A stretch of 64,000 bases of DNA, taken from positions 56,347 to 120,346 of the forward strand of contig JBQCDV010000091.1 in NCBI GenBank assembly GCA_051960855.1. The letters run 5' to 3'. Shown piece by piece: positions 9,995-19,934 of the stretch (positions within the stretch are counted from its first letter, which is position 1; every line of letters starts with the position of its first letter). This DNA is from Actinomycetales bacterium (GTDB taxonomy: Bacteria; Actinomycetota; Actinomycetes; JAJZTN01). The notes below the pieces were generated by a model. It was not told where the DNA came from. It ran no database searches and saw only the letters and a program-made list of their open reading frames with translations. The position numbers and the translations under genes were made by a program.

Positions 9995-11179
9995 TCAGTG
10001 GGGGCTGAGCTCGGGGTGCAGCCGGACGAGCGGCTGGCCGGGTGCGACCGGATCGCCGTCCTCGACGAGCCACTCGACGACCGTGCCGCCGTGCGGTGCC
10101 AGGACGTCGCGGTCGTCGCGGCGCGTGCGGACCGCCCCGACCCGGCTGCCCGGCTCGAGAGCGCTGCCGACGGGGGCGCCGTCGGAGACGAACGTGCCCG
10201 AGGCCGGCGCCACCAGCAGGCGCCAGGTGGGGGAGTCGTCCATGGGGCTGGCGCTGCCGTGACGCGCGATCAGGTCGCGGGCGGCGTCGAGGTCGTCGGG
10301 CGTCTTGAGGGCCAGCGTCTCCACACCCGGCAGCGCCCGCTTGATCAGCCCGGTGAGCGTGCCGGCCGGAGGCATCTCGATGACGGCGGTGACGCCCAGG
10401 TCCTGCATCGACTGCATGCACAGGTCCCAGCGGACCGGTGAGCTGACCTGCGTGACGAGGCGCCGCAGCACGTCGCGGCCGTCGTGGACGACCGACCCGT
10501 CGGCGTTGGACAGCAGGCGCGTGCGGGGGTCGTGCACGCTGATGGCCCGGGCCAGCTTGCCGAGCACCTCCACCGCGGAGGCCATGTGCTGGGTGTGGAA
10601 CGCCCCCGCCACCTGCAGGGGGATGAGGCGGGCCTTCGCCGGCGGGTCGGACTTCAGCGCCTCGAGCTGCTCAAGAGTCCCGGCTGCCACGACCTGGCCG
10701 GCTCCGTTGATGTTGGCCGGGGTGAGCCCGTGCCGCTCGAGAGCAGCCAGAACGTCGTCCGCGTCGCCCCCCAGGACGGCCGTCATCCCGGTCGGGGTGC
10801 GGCGGCTGGCCTCCGCCATCGCCTTGCCGCGCTCACGCACGAAGACCATCGCCTGCTCGGCACTGATCACCCGGGCGCCGGCAGCGGCCGCGATTTCACC
10901 GACACTGTGGCCGGCGATCGCCCCGATGGAGCGGAACGCATCCGCCGGATGCGGGAAGAGCGCGAGCGCCGACACCATCGCCGAGGCGACCAGCAGGGGC
11001 TGGGCCACGGCGGTGTCGCGGATGGTCTCGGCGTCGGAGGTGGTGCCGTGCTCGACGAGGTCGATGCCGGCGACGGCGGAGAGCCAGTGGAGCCGGTCGG
11101 CGAAGCCGGGGAGCTCGAGCCAGGGAGTGAGGAAGCCGGGGGTCTGCGCACCCTGTCCCGGGGCCACGACGACGAGCAT
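9995..11179 (-). CDS. fabD: malonyl CoA-ACP transacylase fused to a C-terminal lysine-less biotinyl/lipoyl-like domain
   Basis: GHSVGE active-site motif; C-terminal about 95 aa with SGTF…APxxGxVxExLVEDGDPVAPGQPL hybrid-motif pattern but RTRR where AMKM is expected; start at internal MLVVVAPGQG. Confidence 0.85.
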   Translation of the reverse strand: MLVVVAPGQGAQTPGFLTPWLELPGFADRLHWLSAVAGIDLVEHGTTSDAETIRDTAVAQPLLVASAMVSALALFPHPADAFRSIGAIAGHSVGEIAAAAGARVISAEQAMVFVRERGKAMAEASRRTPTGMTAVLGGDADDVLAALERHGLTPANINGAGQVVAAGTLEQLEALKSDPPAKARLIPLQVAGAFHTQHMASAVEVLGKLARAISVHDPRTRLLSNADGSVVHDGRDVLRRLVTQVSSPVRWDLCMQSMQDLGVTAVIEMPPAGTLTGLIKRALPGVETLALKTPDDLDAARDLIARHGSASPMDDSPTWRLLVAPASGTFVSDGAPVGSALEPGSRVGAVRTRRDDRDVLAPHGGTVVEWLVEDGDPVAPGQPLVRLHPELSPH

Positions 11180-11267
11180 GGGTCCACTCTGGACCGTCGA
11201 AGGGTGCCAACAGGCAACCGGCACCGACGAACTTCGGCCATGATCTTTTGTAGGAACCCCACAAAAG

Positions 11268-12413
11268 CTACGGCGGAAGCAGCCGCCCGAGGGTGAGGGC
11301 CAGCTGCAGGATGTAGGCGTCCCGCGGGTGGGTGGCGGTCAGGCCGGTGATCTCCGCCACGCGCCGCAGCCGGTAGCGGACGGTGTTGGGGTGCACGAAC
11401 AGCAGTCGGCCCGTGGCCTCGACCGACCCGCCGTGCTCGAGGAAAGCCGCGAGGGTCTCGAGCAGAGCCGATCCCGCGTCGGCGACGGGAGCGTAGACCT
11501 CGGTGACCAGGGAACGGCGGGCATGTCCATCTCCGGACAGCGCACGTTCAGGCAGCAGCTCGTCGGCGCGGACGGGGCGGGGAGCGTCCGGCCAGCCGGC
11601 CACCGACCGGAGGCCGGCGACGGCGGCCCGGGCCGAGGCGGCCGCGTGCAGCAGGTCGGGCACGACCGGGCCGACCACGACGGGTCCGGGCCCGAAGGCG
11701 GCAGTCACCGCTCGGGCGCCGTCGGTGGCGTCACCGACCCCTCCGAGGACTGCGACCAGCCGGTCGCCCTGCACTCCGGTGAGCACGTCGAGCCCCACGA
11801 GCCGGGCGCGCCGCCGGACGTCCTCGACGACGGTCTCGGCCTCAGTTGCGGAGTGCTCGGCGCGCGCCGGGGCGTGCCCCACCACGACGGCGACGCCGCT
11901 GCCGCTGGTCCAGCCCAAGGCGGCCGCCCGGGAGCGCACCGACTCATCGGCCTCGCCGCGCAGCACGGAGTCGACGACGAGGGCCTCCAGGCGGGCGTCC
12001 CACGCCCCGCGTGCCTCGGCGGCCTTGGCGTAGATGTCGGCCGCTGCGAAGGCGACCTCGCGGGAGTAGCGCAGCACCGCTTCGCGCAGCAGCGGCTGCT
12101 CGTCGGCAGGAACGATGACCTCGATCTGCGACTCGACCACGTCGATCGTCGCCCGGACCAGCTCGACGGTCTGCTGCAGCGTCACTGCCCGAGTGAGCTC
12201 GCGCGGTGCCGTGCCGAAGACGTCGGCAGTGATGGTCGGAGACTGCGTCGGGTCCCGGAACCAGGCGACGAAGGCGGCGATGCCCGCCTGCGCCACCAGT
12301 CCCACCCAGGACCGCTCGGCTGGTCCCATGGCGCGGTACCAGCCGAGCTGGGCGTCCATCCGCTCCAACGCCGCCGCGGCCAGCAGACTGGTCGACTGCT
12401 CGACGCGTCGGAC
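11268..12413 (-). CDS. PucR-family transcriptional regulator (MabR/FasR-like regulator of the fab operon)
   Basis: C-terminal PucR HTH (HPNTVRYRLRRVAEITG); positioned upstream of fabD as in Mycobacterium and Streptomyces; the ORF-track N-terminus overlaps the aceE 3' end, so the start was moved downstream (GTG 12413 or ATG 12359). Confidence 0.75.
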   Translation of the reverse strand, partial: VRRVEQSTSLLAAAALERMDAQLGWYRAMGPAERSWVGLVAQAGIAAFVAWFRDPTQSPTITADVFGTAPRELTRAVTLQQTVELVRATIDVVESQIEVIVPADEQPLLREAVLRYSREVAFAAADIYAKAAEARGAWDARLEALVVDSVLRGEADESVRSRAAALGWTSGSGVAVVVGHAPARAEHSATEAETVVEDVRRRARLVGLDVLTGVQGDRLVAVLGGVGDATDGARAVTAAFGPGPVVVGPVVPDLLHAAASARAAVAGLRSVAGWPDAPRPVRADELLPERALSGDGHARRSLVTEVYAPVADAGSALLETLAAFLEHGGSVEATGRLLFVHPNTVRYRLRRVAEITGLTATHPRDAYILQLALTLGRLLPP

Positions 12414-12465
12414 CGTCTCCGGCGCTGGTGCGGGAAGCGCCGGAGCCGGAAGCGGCTGCGCGACC

Positions 12466-15204
12466 TCAGGCCTCGCCACCCTCGCTGCCCGTCGTTCCGG
12501 CGCGGACGTCGTCGAGCTGGTACTTCTCGATGGCCTCGCGCACGGCCTCCGGCTTGACCTCCCCGTTGCGGGCCAGCTCGGCGAGGGTCTGGACGACGAT
12601 CGAAGGCCCGTCGACCTTGAAGTACCGCCGGGCGGCCATGCGGGTGTCGGAGAAGCCGAACCCGTCGGCGCCGAGGCTGACGAAGCGACCCGGCATCCAC
12701 GGCAGGATCTGGTCGGGAACGGCGCGCATCCAGTCGCTGACGGCGATGCGCGGGCCGGGCTGGTCACCGAACGTGGCGGTCAGGTAGGGCGTCCGCTGCT
12801 CCTCGGGGTGCATGAGGTTCCACTCGTCGCACTCGAGGCCGTCGCGACGAAGCTCGGTCCACGAGGTCACCGACCAGACGTCGGCGGCGACTCCCCAGTC
12901 GCGCAGCAGCAGCTCCTGGGCCTCGAACGCCCACGGCACCGCCACACCGCTGGCGAGCAGCTGGGCCCGCGGCCGGTCCTCGTGGGCAGCCTCGCTGCGG
13001 GAGAGCAGGTAGATGCCCTTGAGCAGACCGTTGACGTCGAGGTGCTCCGGCGCCTGCGGCTGCAGCATCGGCTCGTTGTAGACCGTCAGGTAGTAGTAGA
13101 TGTTCTCCGGGTTGTCGCCGTACATCCGCCGCAGCCCGTCGCGCACGATGTGCCCGATCTCGTAGGCGTACGCGGGGTCGTAGGCGACGACCGCGGGGTT
13201 GGTCGAGGCCAGCAGCAGGGAGTGCCCGTCGGCGTGCTGCAGGCCCTCACCGGTCAAAGTGGTGCGCCCGGCGGTCGCGCCGAGCAGGAAACCGCGGGCC
13301 ATCTGGTCCGAGGCCGCCCAGAGGAAGTCGCCGGTGCGCTGGAAGCCGAACATCGAGTAGAAGATGTAGATCGGCACCATCGGCTCGCCGTGCGTGGCGT
13401 AGGACGTAGCCGCCGCCGTCCAGGACGAGACCGAGCCGGACTCGTTGATCCCCTCGTGCAGGATCTGCCCGTTGGTGGCCTCCTTGTAGGCCAGCATCAG
13501 CTCGCGGTCGACCGACATGTAGTTCTGCCCGTGCGGCGAGTAGATCTTCGCGGTCGGGAAGAGCGAGTCCATGCCGAAGGTGCGGGCCTCGTCGGGGATG
13601 ACCGGCACGAAGCGCTTGCCGAGCTCGGGGTCCTTCATGAGCTCCTTGACGAGGCGCACGAAGGCCATGGTGGTGGCGACCGGCTGCTTGCCCGATCCCC
13701 GGTTGACCACCTCGAACGGCTTGTCGCTGGGCTGCGGCAGCGGCTTGGTCCAGTCCGTGCGCCGCTTCGGCAGCGAGCCACCGAGCTGCCGGCGCCGTTC
13801 GAGGAGGTACTGGATCTCCTCGTTGTCCGGGCCCGGGTTGATGTACGGCGGCATCTTCGGGTTGCGCTCGAGCTCCTCGTCCGTGATGGGGAGAAAGAGC
13901 CGGTCGCGGAAGGCCTTGAGGTCCTCGAGGGTCAGCTTCTTCATCTGGTGCGTCGCGTTGCGCGCCTCGAAGTGGCTGCCCAGCGTCCAGCCCTTGATCG
14001 TCTTCGCAAGGATGACCGTCGGCTGGCCGGTGTGCTTCATGGCCGCGTCGTAGGCGGCATAGAGCTTGCGGTAGTCGTGGCCGCCGCGCTTGAGCGCCCA
14101 GATCTCGTCGTCGCTCAGGTGCTCGACCATCTTGCGTGTGCGCGGGTCGCGGCCGAAGAAGTGCTCGCGGACGAAGGCGCCGGACTCAGCCTTGTAGGTC
14201 TGGTAGTCGCCGTCGTTGGTGACGTTCATCAGGTTGACCAGCGCGCCGTCGACGTCGCCTGCGAGCAGGGCATCCCACTCGCGCCCCCAGATGACCTTGA
14301 TGACGTTCCAGCCGGCTCCGCGGAAGAACGACTCCAGCTCCTGGATCACCTTGCCGTTGCCGCGGACGGGCCCGTCGAGCCGCTGCAGATTGCAGTTGAT
14401 GACGAAGGTGAGGTTGTCGAGCTCCTCACGAGCCGCGACACCGATCGCGCCCAGGCTCTCCGGCTCGTCCATCTCGCCGTCGCCGAGGAACGCCCAGACG
14501 TGCTGCTGGCTGGTGTCCTTGATGCCGCGGTGCTGGAGGTACTTGTTGAAGCGGGCCTGGTAGATCGCGTTCATGGGCCCGATGCCCATGGAGACGGTGG
14601 GGAACTCCCAGAAGTGCGGCATCAGCCGCGGGTGCGGGTAGGACGGCAGGCCGCCACCGGGGTGGGACTTCTCCTGCCGGAACCCGTCCAGGTCGTTCTC
14701 GGTGAGCCGGCCCTCGAGGAAGGCACGGGCGTAGATCCCGGGGGAGGCGTGGCCCTGGATGAAGATCTGGTCGCCGCCGCCGGGGTGGTCCTTGCCGCGG
14801 AAGAAGTGGTTGAAGCCGACCTCGTACATGCTGGCGCTGGAGGCGTAGGTCGAGATGTGGCCACCGACGCCGATGCCGGGCCGCTGGGCGCGGTGCACCA
14901 TCACGGCGGCGTTCCAGCGCATGTACGCGCGCAGCCGGCGCTCGACGTACTCGTCGCCGGGGAACCACGGCTCCGCCTCAGGCGGGATCGTGTTGATGTA
15001 GTCGGTGCTGCGCAGCGACGGGACCCCGACTTGGTCTTCGCGCGCACGCTTCAGCAGGCTCAGCATCAGGTAGCGCGCCCGGGTGCGACCGCGCTGCTCG
15101 ACGACCTGGTCGAGCGACTCGAGCCACTCCGAGGTCTCGTCGGGGTCGATGTCGGGAAGCTGGCTGGGCAGACCGTTACTGATGATCCGACCGGTGTCAG
15201 ACAC
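12466..15204 (-). CDS. aceE: pyruvate dehydrogenase E1 component
   Basis: 912-aa homodimeric-type E1 with ThDP-binding motifs. Confidence 0.95.
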   Translation of the reverse strand: MSDTGRIISNGLPSQLPDIDPDETSEWLESLDQVVEQRGRTRARYLMLSLLKRAREDQVGVPSLRSTDYINTIPPEAEPWFPGDEYVERRLRAYMRWNAAVMVHRAQRPGIGVGGHISTYASSASMYEVGFNHFFRGKDHPGGGDQIFIQGHASPGIYARAFLEGRLTENDLDGFRQEKSHPGGGLPSYPHPRLMPHFWEFPTVSMGIGPMNAIYQARFNKYLQHRGIKDTSQQHVWAFLGDGEMDEPESLGAIGVAAREELDNLTFVINCNLQRLDGPVRGNGKVIQELESFFRGAGWNVIKVIWGREWDALLAGDVDGALVNLMNVTNDGDYQTYKAESGAFVREHFFGRDPRTRKMVEHLSDDEIWALKRGGHDYRKLYAAYDAAMKHTGQPTVILAKTIKGWTLGSHFEARNATHQMKKLTLEDLKAFRDRLFLPITDEELERNPKMPPYINPGPDNEEIQYLLERRRQLGGSLPKRRTDWTKPLPQPSDKPFEVVNRGSGKQPVATTMAFVRLVKELMKDPELGKRFVPVIPDEARTFGMDSLFPTAKIYSPHGQNYMSVDRELMLAYKEATNGQILHEGINESGSVSSWTAAATSYATHGEPMVPIYIFYSMFGFQRTGDFLWAASDQMARGFLLGATAGRTTLTGEGLQHADGHSLLLASTNPAVVAYDPAYAYEIGHIVRDGLRRMYGDNPENIYYYLTVYNEPMLQPQAPEHLDVNGLLKGIYLLSRSEAAHEDRPRAQLLASGVAVPWAFEAQELLLRDWGVAADVWSVTSWTELRRDGLECDEWNLMHPEEQRTPYLTATFGDQPGPRIAVSDWMRAVPDQILPWMPGRFVSLGADGFGFSDTRMAARRYFKVDGPSIVVQTLAELARNGEVKPEAVREAIEKYQLDDVRAGTTGSEGGEA

Positions 15205-15287
15205 GGGCGTCCTCCTGTTAGTAGCGACTCCACGCTATCTCTCGTCCGGGCGACCGTGACGACCACGGCAGGCACGAAAGGGGCCGG

Positions 15288-15698
15288 ATGGAGACCACGG
15301 TGATCGACATCACCACCGGAGGCAGTCAGCGGGTCGTTGACCTGACCGACCGCTGCGCGCGATGGCTTCGCGAGACGAACGCCGGAGACGGGCTGCTGCA
15401 CGTCTGGGTGCCGCACGCCACGGCCGGGCTGGCCGTCCTCGAGACCGGCGCCGGCAGCGACGCCGACCTGCTGGCGGCGCTGGAGGACCTGCTGCCACGA
15501 GACGACCGGTGGCGGCACCGCCACGGCTCGCCGGGCCACGGCCGCGACCACGTGCTGCCGGCGTTCCTTGCGCCGTTCCTGGTCGTGCCGGTGCTGCACG
15601 GGCGCCTGGCTCTCGGCACGTGGCAGAGCCTGTGCCTGGTCGACACCAACGGGGACAACCCGCAGCGGCAGCTGCGGGTGTCGTTCCTGCCCGGGTGA
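15288..15698 (+). CDS. YjbQ/UPF0047 family (secondary thiamine-phosphate synthase) protein
   Basis: 136 aa; typical YjbQ length and sequence character. Confidence 0.8.
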   Translation: METTVIDITTGGSQRVVDLTDRCARWLRETNAGDGLLHVWVPHATAGLAVLETGAGSDADLLAALEDLLPRDDRWRHRHGSPGHGRDHVLPAFLAPFLVVPVLHGRLALGTWQSLCLVDTNGDNPQRQLRVSFLPG

Positions 15699-15704
15699 CC
15701 GTCG

Positions 15705-16811
15705 CTACGCCGTTCGGTGATGGGCGATGCTCTCGTGCTCGGCTCCGGCTGGCTCGGCGTGCACGACCGCCGATGACAGCCGCCGGACCTCGTGCAGCAG
15801 CTGGTGCTCCGCCTCGTGGGCCAGGTCGTGCCCCTGCGCCACGGACAGCGAGGCATCGACGACGATCTCGCACTCGGCGAGCAGCGAGTGCCCGATCCAC
15901 CGCAGGCGCACCAATCCGACGTCGAGCACGCCGGGCGTGGCCCGCAGCGTGGACTCGACGAGGTCAACGAGGGCAGGGTCCACCGCATCCATGAGGCGCC
16001 GGTAGACATCCCGGACGGCGCCGCGCAGGACGGCGAGGATCGCCACCGTGATGAGCAGCCCCACCAGCGGGTCCGCCCAGCGCCAGCCCACCGCGACCCC
16101 GGCAGCGCCGACGACGACGGCCAGTGACGTGAACCCGTCGGTGCGAGCGTGCAGCCCGTCGGCGACCAGCGCCGCGGATCCGATCTCGCGGCCGACCGCG
16201 ATCCGGTAGCGCGCGACGACCTCGTTGCCGAGGAAGCCGACGACGCCCGCGGCCGCCACCGCCCAAAGCGCGGACACCTCGCTGGGGTGGCGCAGCCGGT
16301 CCACCGACTCCCACGCGGCGATGACGGCTGACACCGCGATGACCACGACGATGGCCAGCCCGGCCAGGTCCTCGGCCCGTCCGTAGCCGTAGGTGTAGCG
16401 GCGCGTCGGCTGGCGCCGACCGATCCAGAAGGCGATGCCGAGCGGCACTGCCGTCAGAGCGTCGCCGAGGTTGTGCAGCGTGTCGGACAGCAGCGCCACC
16501 GAGCCGGAGAACGCCACGACGACGGCCTGCACCACGGCGGTGAGCGCGAGACCGGCCAGCGACACCCACAGCGCCCGCAGCCCGCGCGAGCTGGCTTCGA
16601 GCTCGGCGTCGACGGAGTCGGACGGGTCATGGCTGTGCGGGGCGACGAGCTCGCGCAGCCAACCCAGCGCCCCACCGTGCCCGTGGCCGTGTTCTTCGTG
16701 GCCGTGCTCTTCGTGGCCGTGCGCCTCGTGCCCGTGCGCCTCGTGCCCGTGCTCCTCGTGCCCGTGCTCCTCGTGCGCGTGCTCCTCGTGCGCGTGCTCA
16801 CCGACCGCCAT
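15705..16811 (-). CDS. cation diffusion facilitator (CzcD-like) metal efflux transporter with His-rich N-terminal repeat
   Basis: CDF TM core plus C-terminal domain; N-terminus HAHEEHAHEEHGHEEHGHEAHGHEAHGHEEHGHEEHGHGHGG. Confidence 0.9.
   Translation of the reverse strand: MAVGEHAHEEHAHEEHGHEEHGHEAHGHEAHGHEEHGHEEHGHGHGGALGWLRELVAPHSHDPSDSVDAELEASSRGLRALWVSLAGLALTAVVQAVVVAFSGSVALLSDTLHNLGDALTAVPLGIAFWIGRRQPTRRYTYGYGRAEDLAGLAIVVVIAVSAVIAAWESVDRLRHPSEVSALWAVAAAGVVGFLGNEVVARYRIAVGREIGSAALVADGLHARTDGFTSLAVVVGAAGVAVGWRWADPLVGLLITVAILAVLRGAVRDVYRRLMDAVDPALVDLVESTLRATPGVLDVGLVRLRWIGHSLLAECEIVVDASLSVAQGHDLAHEAEHQLLHEVRRLSSAVVHAEPAGAEHESIAHHRTA
16687..16806. repeat. 8 tandem 15-bp units (GTGGCCGTGCTCTTC-like) encoding the HEEHG repeat of the CDF transporter
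   Basis: Direct reading. Confidence 0.85.
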
Positions 16812-16939
16812 GAGCCGCAGTGTGGCAGCACAAAGTGGGATCTCGTGGGCGCGAGACGGGCCGAAACGCTTGCGTGCGCCGCCCGACTCCGCTGGACTAC
16901 GCGGGAAGAGCAGTCTCGATCGACAGCAGGAGGGCTTCC

Positions 16940-17368
16940 GTGAGCGCGACCGCGGGTCCCGCGGAGGGCAACGCCCTTGCCGCGCGGCTTGGCATCAAGC
17001 CGGGGCAGGTGGTGCAGGAGCTCGGCTGGGACGAGGACTGCGACGACACGCTGCGGGACGCCATCGAGCAGGCGTCCGGCACCGCCCTGGTCGACGAGGA
17101 GTTTGACGACGTCGCCGATGTCGTCCTGCTCTGGTGGCGTGACGGGGACGGCGACCTCGTCGACGCCCTGGTCGACAGCCTCGTCAGCCTCGGGGACGGG
17201 GGCGTGGTCTGGCTGCTCACGCCGAAGTCGGGCCGTGAGGGCCATGTGCCGTCCAGCGAGATCAGCGATGCCGCCCCCACCGCTGGACTGGCCGCTACGT
17301 CGACGGTCAGCGCAGCCGCGGAGTGGACCGGCACGCGCCTGGCTTCACCGAGGTCCAAGCGCTCCTGA
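16940..17368 (+). CDS. DUF3052-family protein (Rv2239c-like)
   Basis: VQELGWDEDCDD…LLWWRDGDGDLVDAL motif region; GTG start chosen; ORF-track N-terminus looks non-coding. Confidence 0.65.
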   Translation: MSATAGPAEGNALAARLGIKPGQVVQELGWDEDCDDTLRDAIEQASGTALVDEEFDDVADVVLLWWRDGDGDLVDALVDSLVSLGDGGVVWLLTPKSGREGHVPSSEISDAAPTAGLAATSTVSAAAEWTGTRLASPRSKRS

Positions 17369-17422
17369 CTGTTGCCCCTTCAGGGGAAGGTGGATAAAGC
17401 CACTTCCGTCCGCCGGTGGCTG

Positions 17423-18364
17423 CTAGCGCAGCCCGGGCACCCACCGCGCCAGCCGACCCACTCCCGCCAGGTACCGCGCCGCCGTTCGGAGAGCGGGACC
17501 GCCGGGCAGCCCGGGGACGTTCTCGAGGATCGGCGCGAGCTCCAGCAGGGCCGGCACGTGCCGGGTGCGCAGCTCCCGGGTGACCAGCAGCGGCGGCACG
17601 GCTACGCGACCGGCCGAGGCATCCAGGACGGTGCCCGCCTGGCCCTCCACCGCCGCCCAGCCAGGGTCGGCTTCGACGACCGAGATGGTCGTCCAGTCCG
17701 GCCCCACGACGCCGCTGACCCACACCGCCGCATCGGTCACGAGCGCGAACGTCGTGGTCAGCCGGCTGCGGGCCGCGAGCGCTCCGGTGGCGTCGGCGAG
17801 AGCGGCCAGTCCGGCGTTGGCCAGCGCGGGCGTCAGCTCGGCAGGCGCTCCTGACGGGACGAGGTCGCGAGCGTGCACCGCCAGCTCGTAGCCGATGGTC
17901 GCGGCGACGCCGAGCAGCGGGAGCGGCCCGATGGCCGAGGGCACCTCGACGGTGGCGAGGGACTGCGCCTCGGGGTCGTCGAGGACTCGCAGCACCTCGG
18001 CACGCGAGCGGGTGAGGGCCGCCAGCAGCTCCTCGCGGGAGGCGTCGCCGTGAGCGGCGACGACCCGGGCGTTGCGGGCGTCGTTGCTCTCGTACGCCGC
18101 GTCGGGGTCGACCGGGAGGCCCGTCCGAGCCTCGTCGACCGCGCCTGCGAGGCCGACCGCCCCCTCCCACAGCCCCAGATGGGCCAGCAGCGCTCGCGCG
18201 TCCCACCCCTGGCACCGGGTGGGCGCCGTCAGGTCCACACCCTCCGCGAGCTCGAGGAAGTCATCCCACGCGGCGGACACGAGCCCTCGCAGGTGGTCGG
18301 GCTCGCCCGAGGACAGGCCCCTCTCACCGGGCAGGGGGAGCAGCGGCTGGGCATGATCGGGCAC
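17423..18364 (-). CDS. mycothiol-dependent maleylpyruvate isomerase N-terminal (DinB/MDMPI-like, TIGR03083-type) domain protein
   Basis: TRCQGWDARALLAHLG motif; GTG start with GGGAGAGG RBS; the remainder of the 515-aa ORF is antisense to ahpE. Confidence 0.55.
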   Translation of the reverse strand: MPDHAQPLLPLPGERGLSSGEPDHLRGLVSAAWDDFLELAEGVDLTAPTRCQGWDARALLAHLGLWEGAVGLAGAVDEARTGLPVDPDAAYESNDARNARVVAAHGDASREELLAALTRSRAEVLRVLDDPEAQSLATVEVPSAIGPLPLLGVAATIGYELAVHARDLVPSGAPAELTPALANAGLAALADATGALAARSRLTTTFALVTDAAVWVSGVVGPDWTTISVVEADPGWAAVEGQAGTVLDASAGRVAVPPLLVTRELRTRHVPALLELAPILENVPGLPGGPALRTAARYLAGVGRLARWVPGLR

Positions 18365-18472
18365 GGAGGGAATCCTCTCCCGGCTGCCGAAGTTTCTGCA
18401 CCCGAGGGGCGGTGCGTCTCTCGCCCGCCCAGTGCCGTTGCTACCGATCCCCTTGTCGTCACCGGAGGTCCT

Positions 18473-18967
18473 ATGTCCGCGCCCGCCCTGCCCACCGTCG
18501 ACGCCCCCCTCGAGGTGGGTCAGCCCGCGCCGGACTTCACGCTGCGCGACCAGCACGGGGCCGAGGTGAGCCTGGCGGACTACCGCGGCAAGGCGGTGGT
18601 GGTCGTCTTCTACCCCTTCGCCTTCACCGGCACCTGCACCGGCGAGCTCTGCGCGATCCGCGACTCGATCGGTGACTTCGCGAACGACGATGTCCAGGTC
18701 CTCGCCGTCTCCTGCGACCCCTCGTCGGCGCTGCGCGTCTTCGGCGACCAGGAGGGCTACACCTTCCCGCTGCTGTCGGACTTCTGGCCGCACGGCGAGG
18801 TCGCGCGGCGCTACGGCGTCTTCCTCGAGGAGAGGGGGATGGCGACGCGGGGCACCTTCCTCGTCGACCGTGAGGGCGTGCTCCGGTGGAGCGTCGTCAA
18901 CGGCCCCGGTCAGGCGCGCAGCCTGGACGAGTACCGCGCCGCGCTCGCCGACGTGCTCGGGCGGTAG
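18473..18967 (+). CDS. ahpE: peroxiredoxin (AhpE-like 1-Cys/atypical Prx)
   Basis: PFAFTGTCT peroxidatic Cys motif; GGAGG RBS; 164 aa. Confidence 0.9.
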   Translation: MSAPALPTVDAPLEVGQPAPDFTLRDQHGAEVSLADYRGKAVVVVFYPFAFTGTCTGELCAIRDSIGDFANDDVQVLAVSCDPSSALRVFGDQEGYTFPLLSDFWPHGEVARRYGVFLEERGMATRGTFLVDREGVLRWSVVNGPGQARSLDEYRAALADVLGR

Positions 18968-18997
18968 CACCGGGGGCTAGGCTCGTCGCCCTACGAC

Positions 18998-19069
18998 GGG
19001 CGTATAGCTCAGCGGTAGAGCTCCGGTCTTACACACCGGCGGTCGGCGGTTCGAATCCGTCTGCGCCCA
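18998..19069 (+). tRNA. tRNA-Val (anticodon TAC)
   Basis: 72-nt cloverleaf folded by hand: acceptor GGGCGTA/TGCGCCC, anticodon loop CTTACAC, TTCGAAT T-loop. Confidence 0.85.
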
Positions 19070-19070
19070 C

Positions 19071-19934
19071 GTGAGCCCTTCGTCGCAGGACCCGAGCGCC
19101 GGGACGGCCCGACTGGCGCGATGGAACGGTGGGAGCGTCGCGGTCTTCGCGACGTGCCTCAACGACACGCTCTTCCCTGGTGTCGCGGAGGACACCGTTG
19201 CGCTCTTGCGGCGCCTCGGGCTGCGTGTGGTGGTGCCGCCGGCCCAGACCTGCTGCGGGCAGATGCACGTCAACTCCGGCTACCCGCGCGAGGCGGCTGG
19301 CATCGTGCGCAGCTTCGTCGACGCCTTCGAGTCCGCCGACCTCGCCGTCGTCGTCGCACCGAGTGCCTCCTGTGTCGCCTCGGTGCGGCACCAGCAGGGC
19401 CTCGTGGCTCGCGCGGTGGGGGACGCGGGACTCGAACGCGCTGTCGGGGACGTCGCCCCTCGAGTGCGCGAGCTCACCGAGTTCCTCGTCGACGATCTCG
19501 GACTCGAGGACGTGGGCGCCTACTTCCCGCACCCGGTCGCCTACCACCCGACCTGCCACTCCCTCCGGATGCTGCGGGTCGGGGACCGGCCGCTGCGGCT
19601 GCTGCGCGGCGTGGACGGGATCGAGCTGCGGGAGCTCGAGCGGGCCCAGGAGTGCTGCGGCTTCGGCGGCACCTTCTCGGTCAAGAACGCCGACACCTCC
19701 GTCGCCATGGGCAGGGACAAGGTCGCGAACGTCGTCGCCTCGGGTGCCGACGTGCTCGTCGCCGCCGACTCGTCGTGCCTCATGCATCTGGGTGGACTGA
19801 TGTCGCGCCAGCAGCTGGCGGTGCGGCCCGTCCACCTGGCCACCGTGCTCGCCAGCACCCGGCAGCGGCCCTGGCCCGGTCCGGCGGTCGCCACCCCCGG
19901 CCCGACCGCGATCGCGGGGAGGACGTCCTCGTGA
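19071..19934 (+). CDS. lutA: lactate utilization protein A (Fe-S oxidoreductase, CCG domains)
   Basis: Two CCG motifs (QTCCGQ, QECCGFGG); only in-frame start is GTG 19071, 2 nt after the tRNA. Confidence 0.85.
   Translation: MSPSSQDPSAGTARLARWNGGSVAVFATCLNDTLFPGVAEDTVALLRRLGLRVVVPPAQTCCGQMHVNSGYPREAAGIVRSFVDAFESADLAVVVAPSASCVASVRHQQGLVARAVGDAGLERAVGDVAPRVRELTEFLVDDLGLEDVGAYFPHPVAYHPTCHSLRMLRVGDRPLRLLRGVDGIELRELERAQECCGFGGTFSVKNADTSVAMGRDKVANVVASGADVLVAADSSCLMHLGGLMSRQQLAVRPVHLATVLASTRQRPWPGPAVATPGPTAIAGRTSS

Noticed and set aside
12359-12767. Upstream 100-136 codons of the PucR regulator ORF
   Set aside because: Overlaps the aceE 3' coding region on the same strand in another frame; low-complexity translation
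16672-16811. Possible CRISPR-like repeat array
   Set aside because: 15-bp contiguous units without spacers, in frame inside a CDF transporter gene; coding His-rich repeat, not CRISPR
17423-18970. 515-aa minus ORF
   Set aside because: The upstream 166 codons are antisense to ahpE; only 17423..18364 (GTG start with RBS) retained
19121-19930. N-terminal 270 aa of the 752-aa LutB ORF
   Set aside because: Overlaps LutA in another frame; LutB homology begins at GTG 19931
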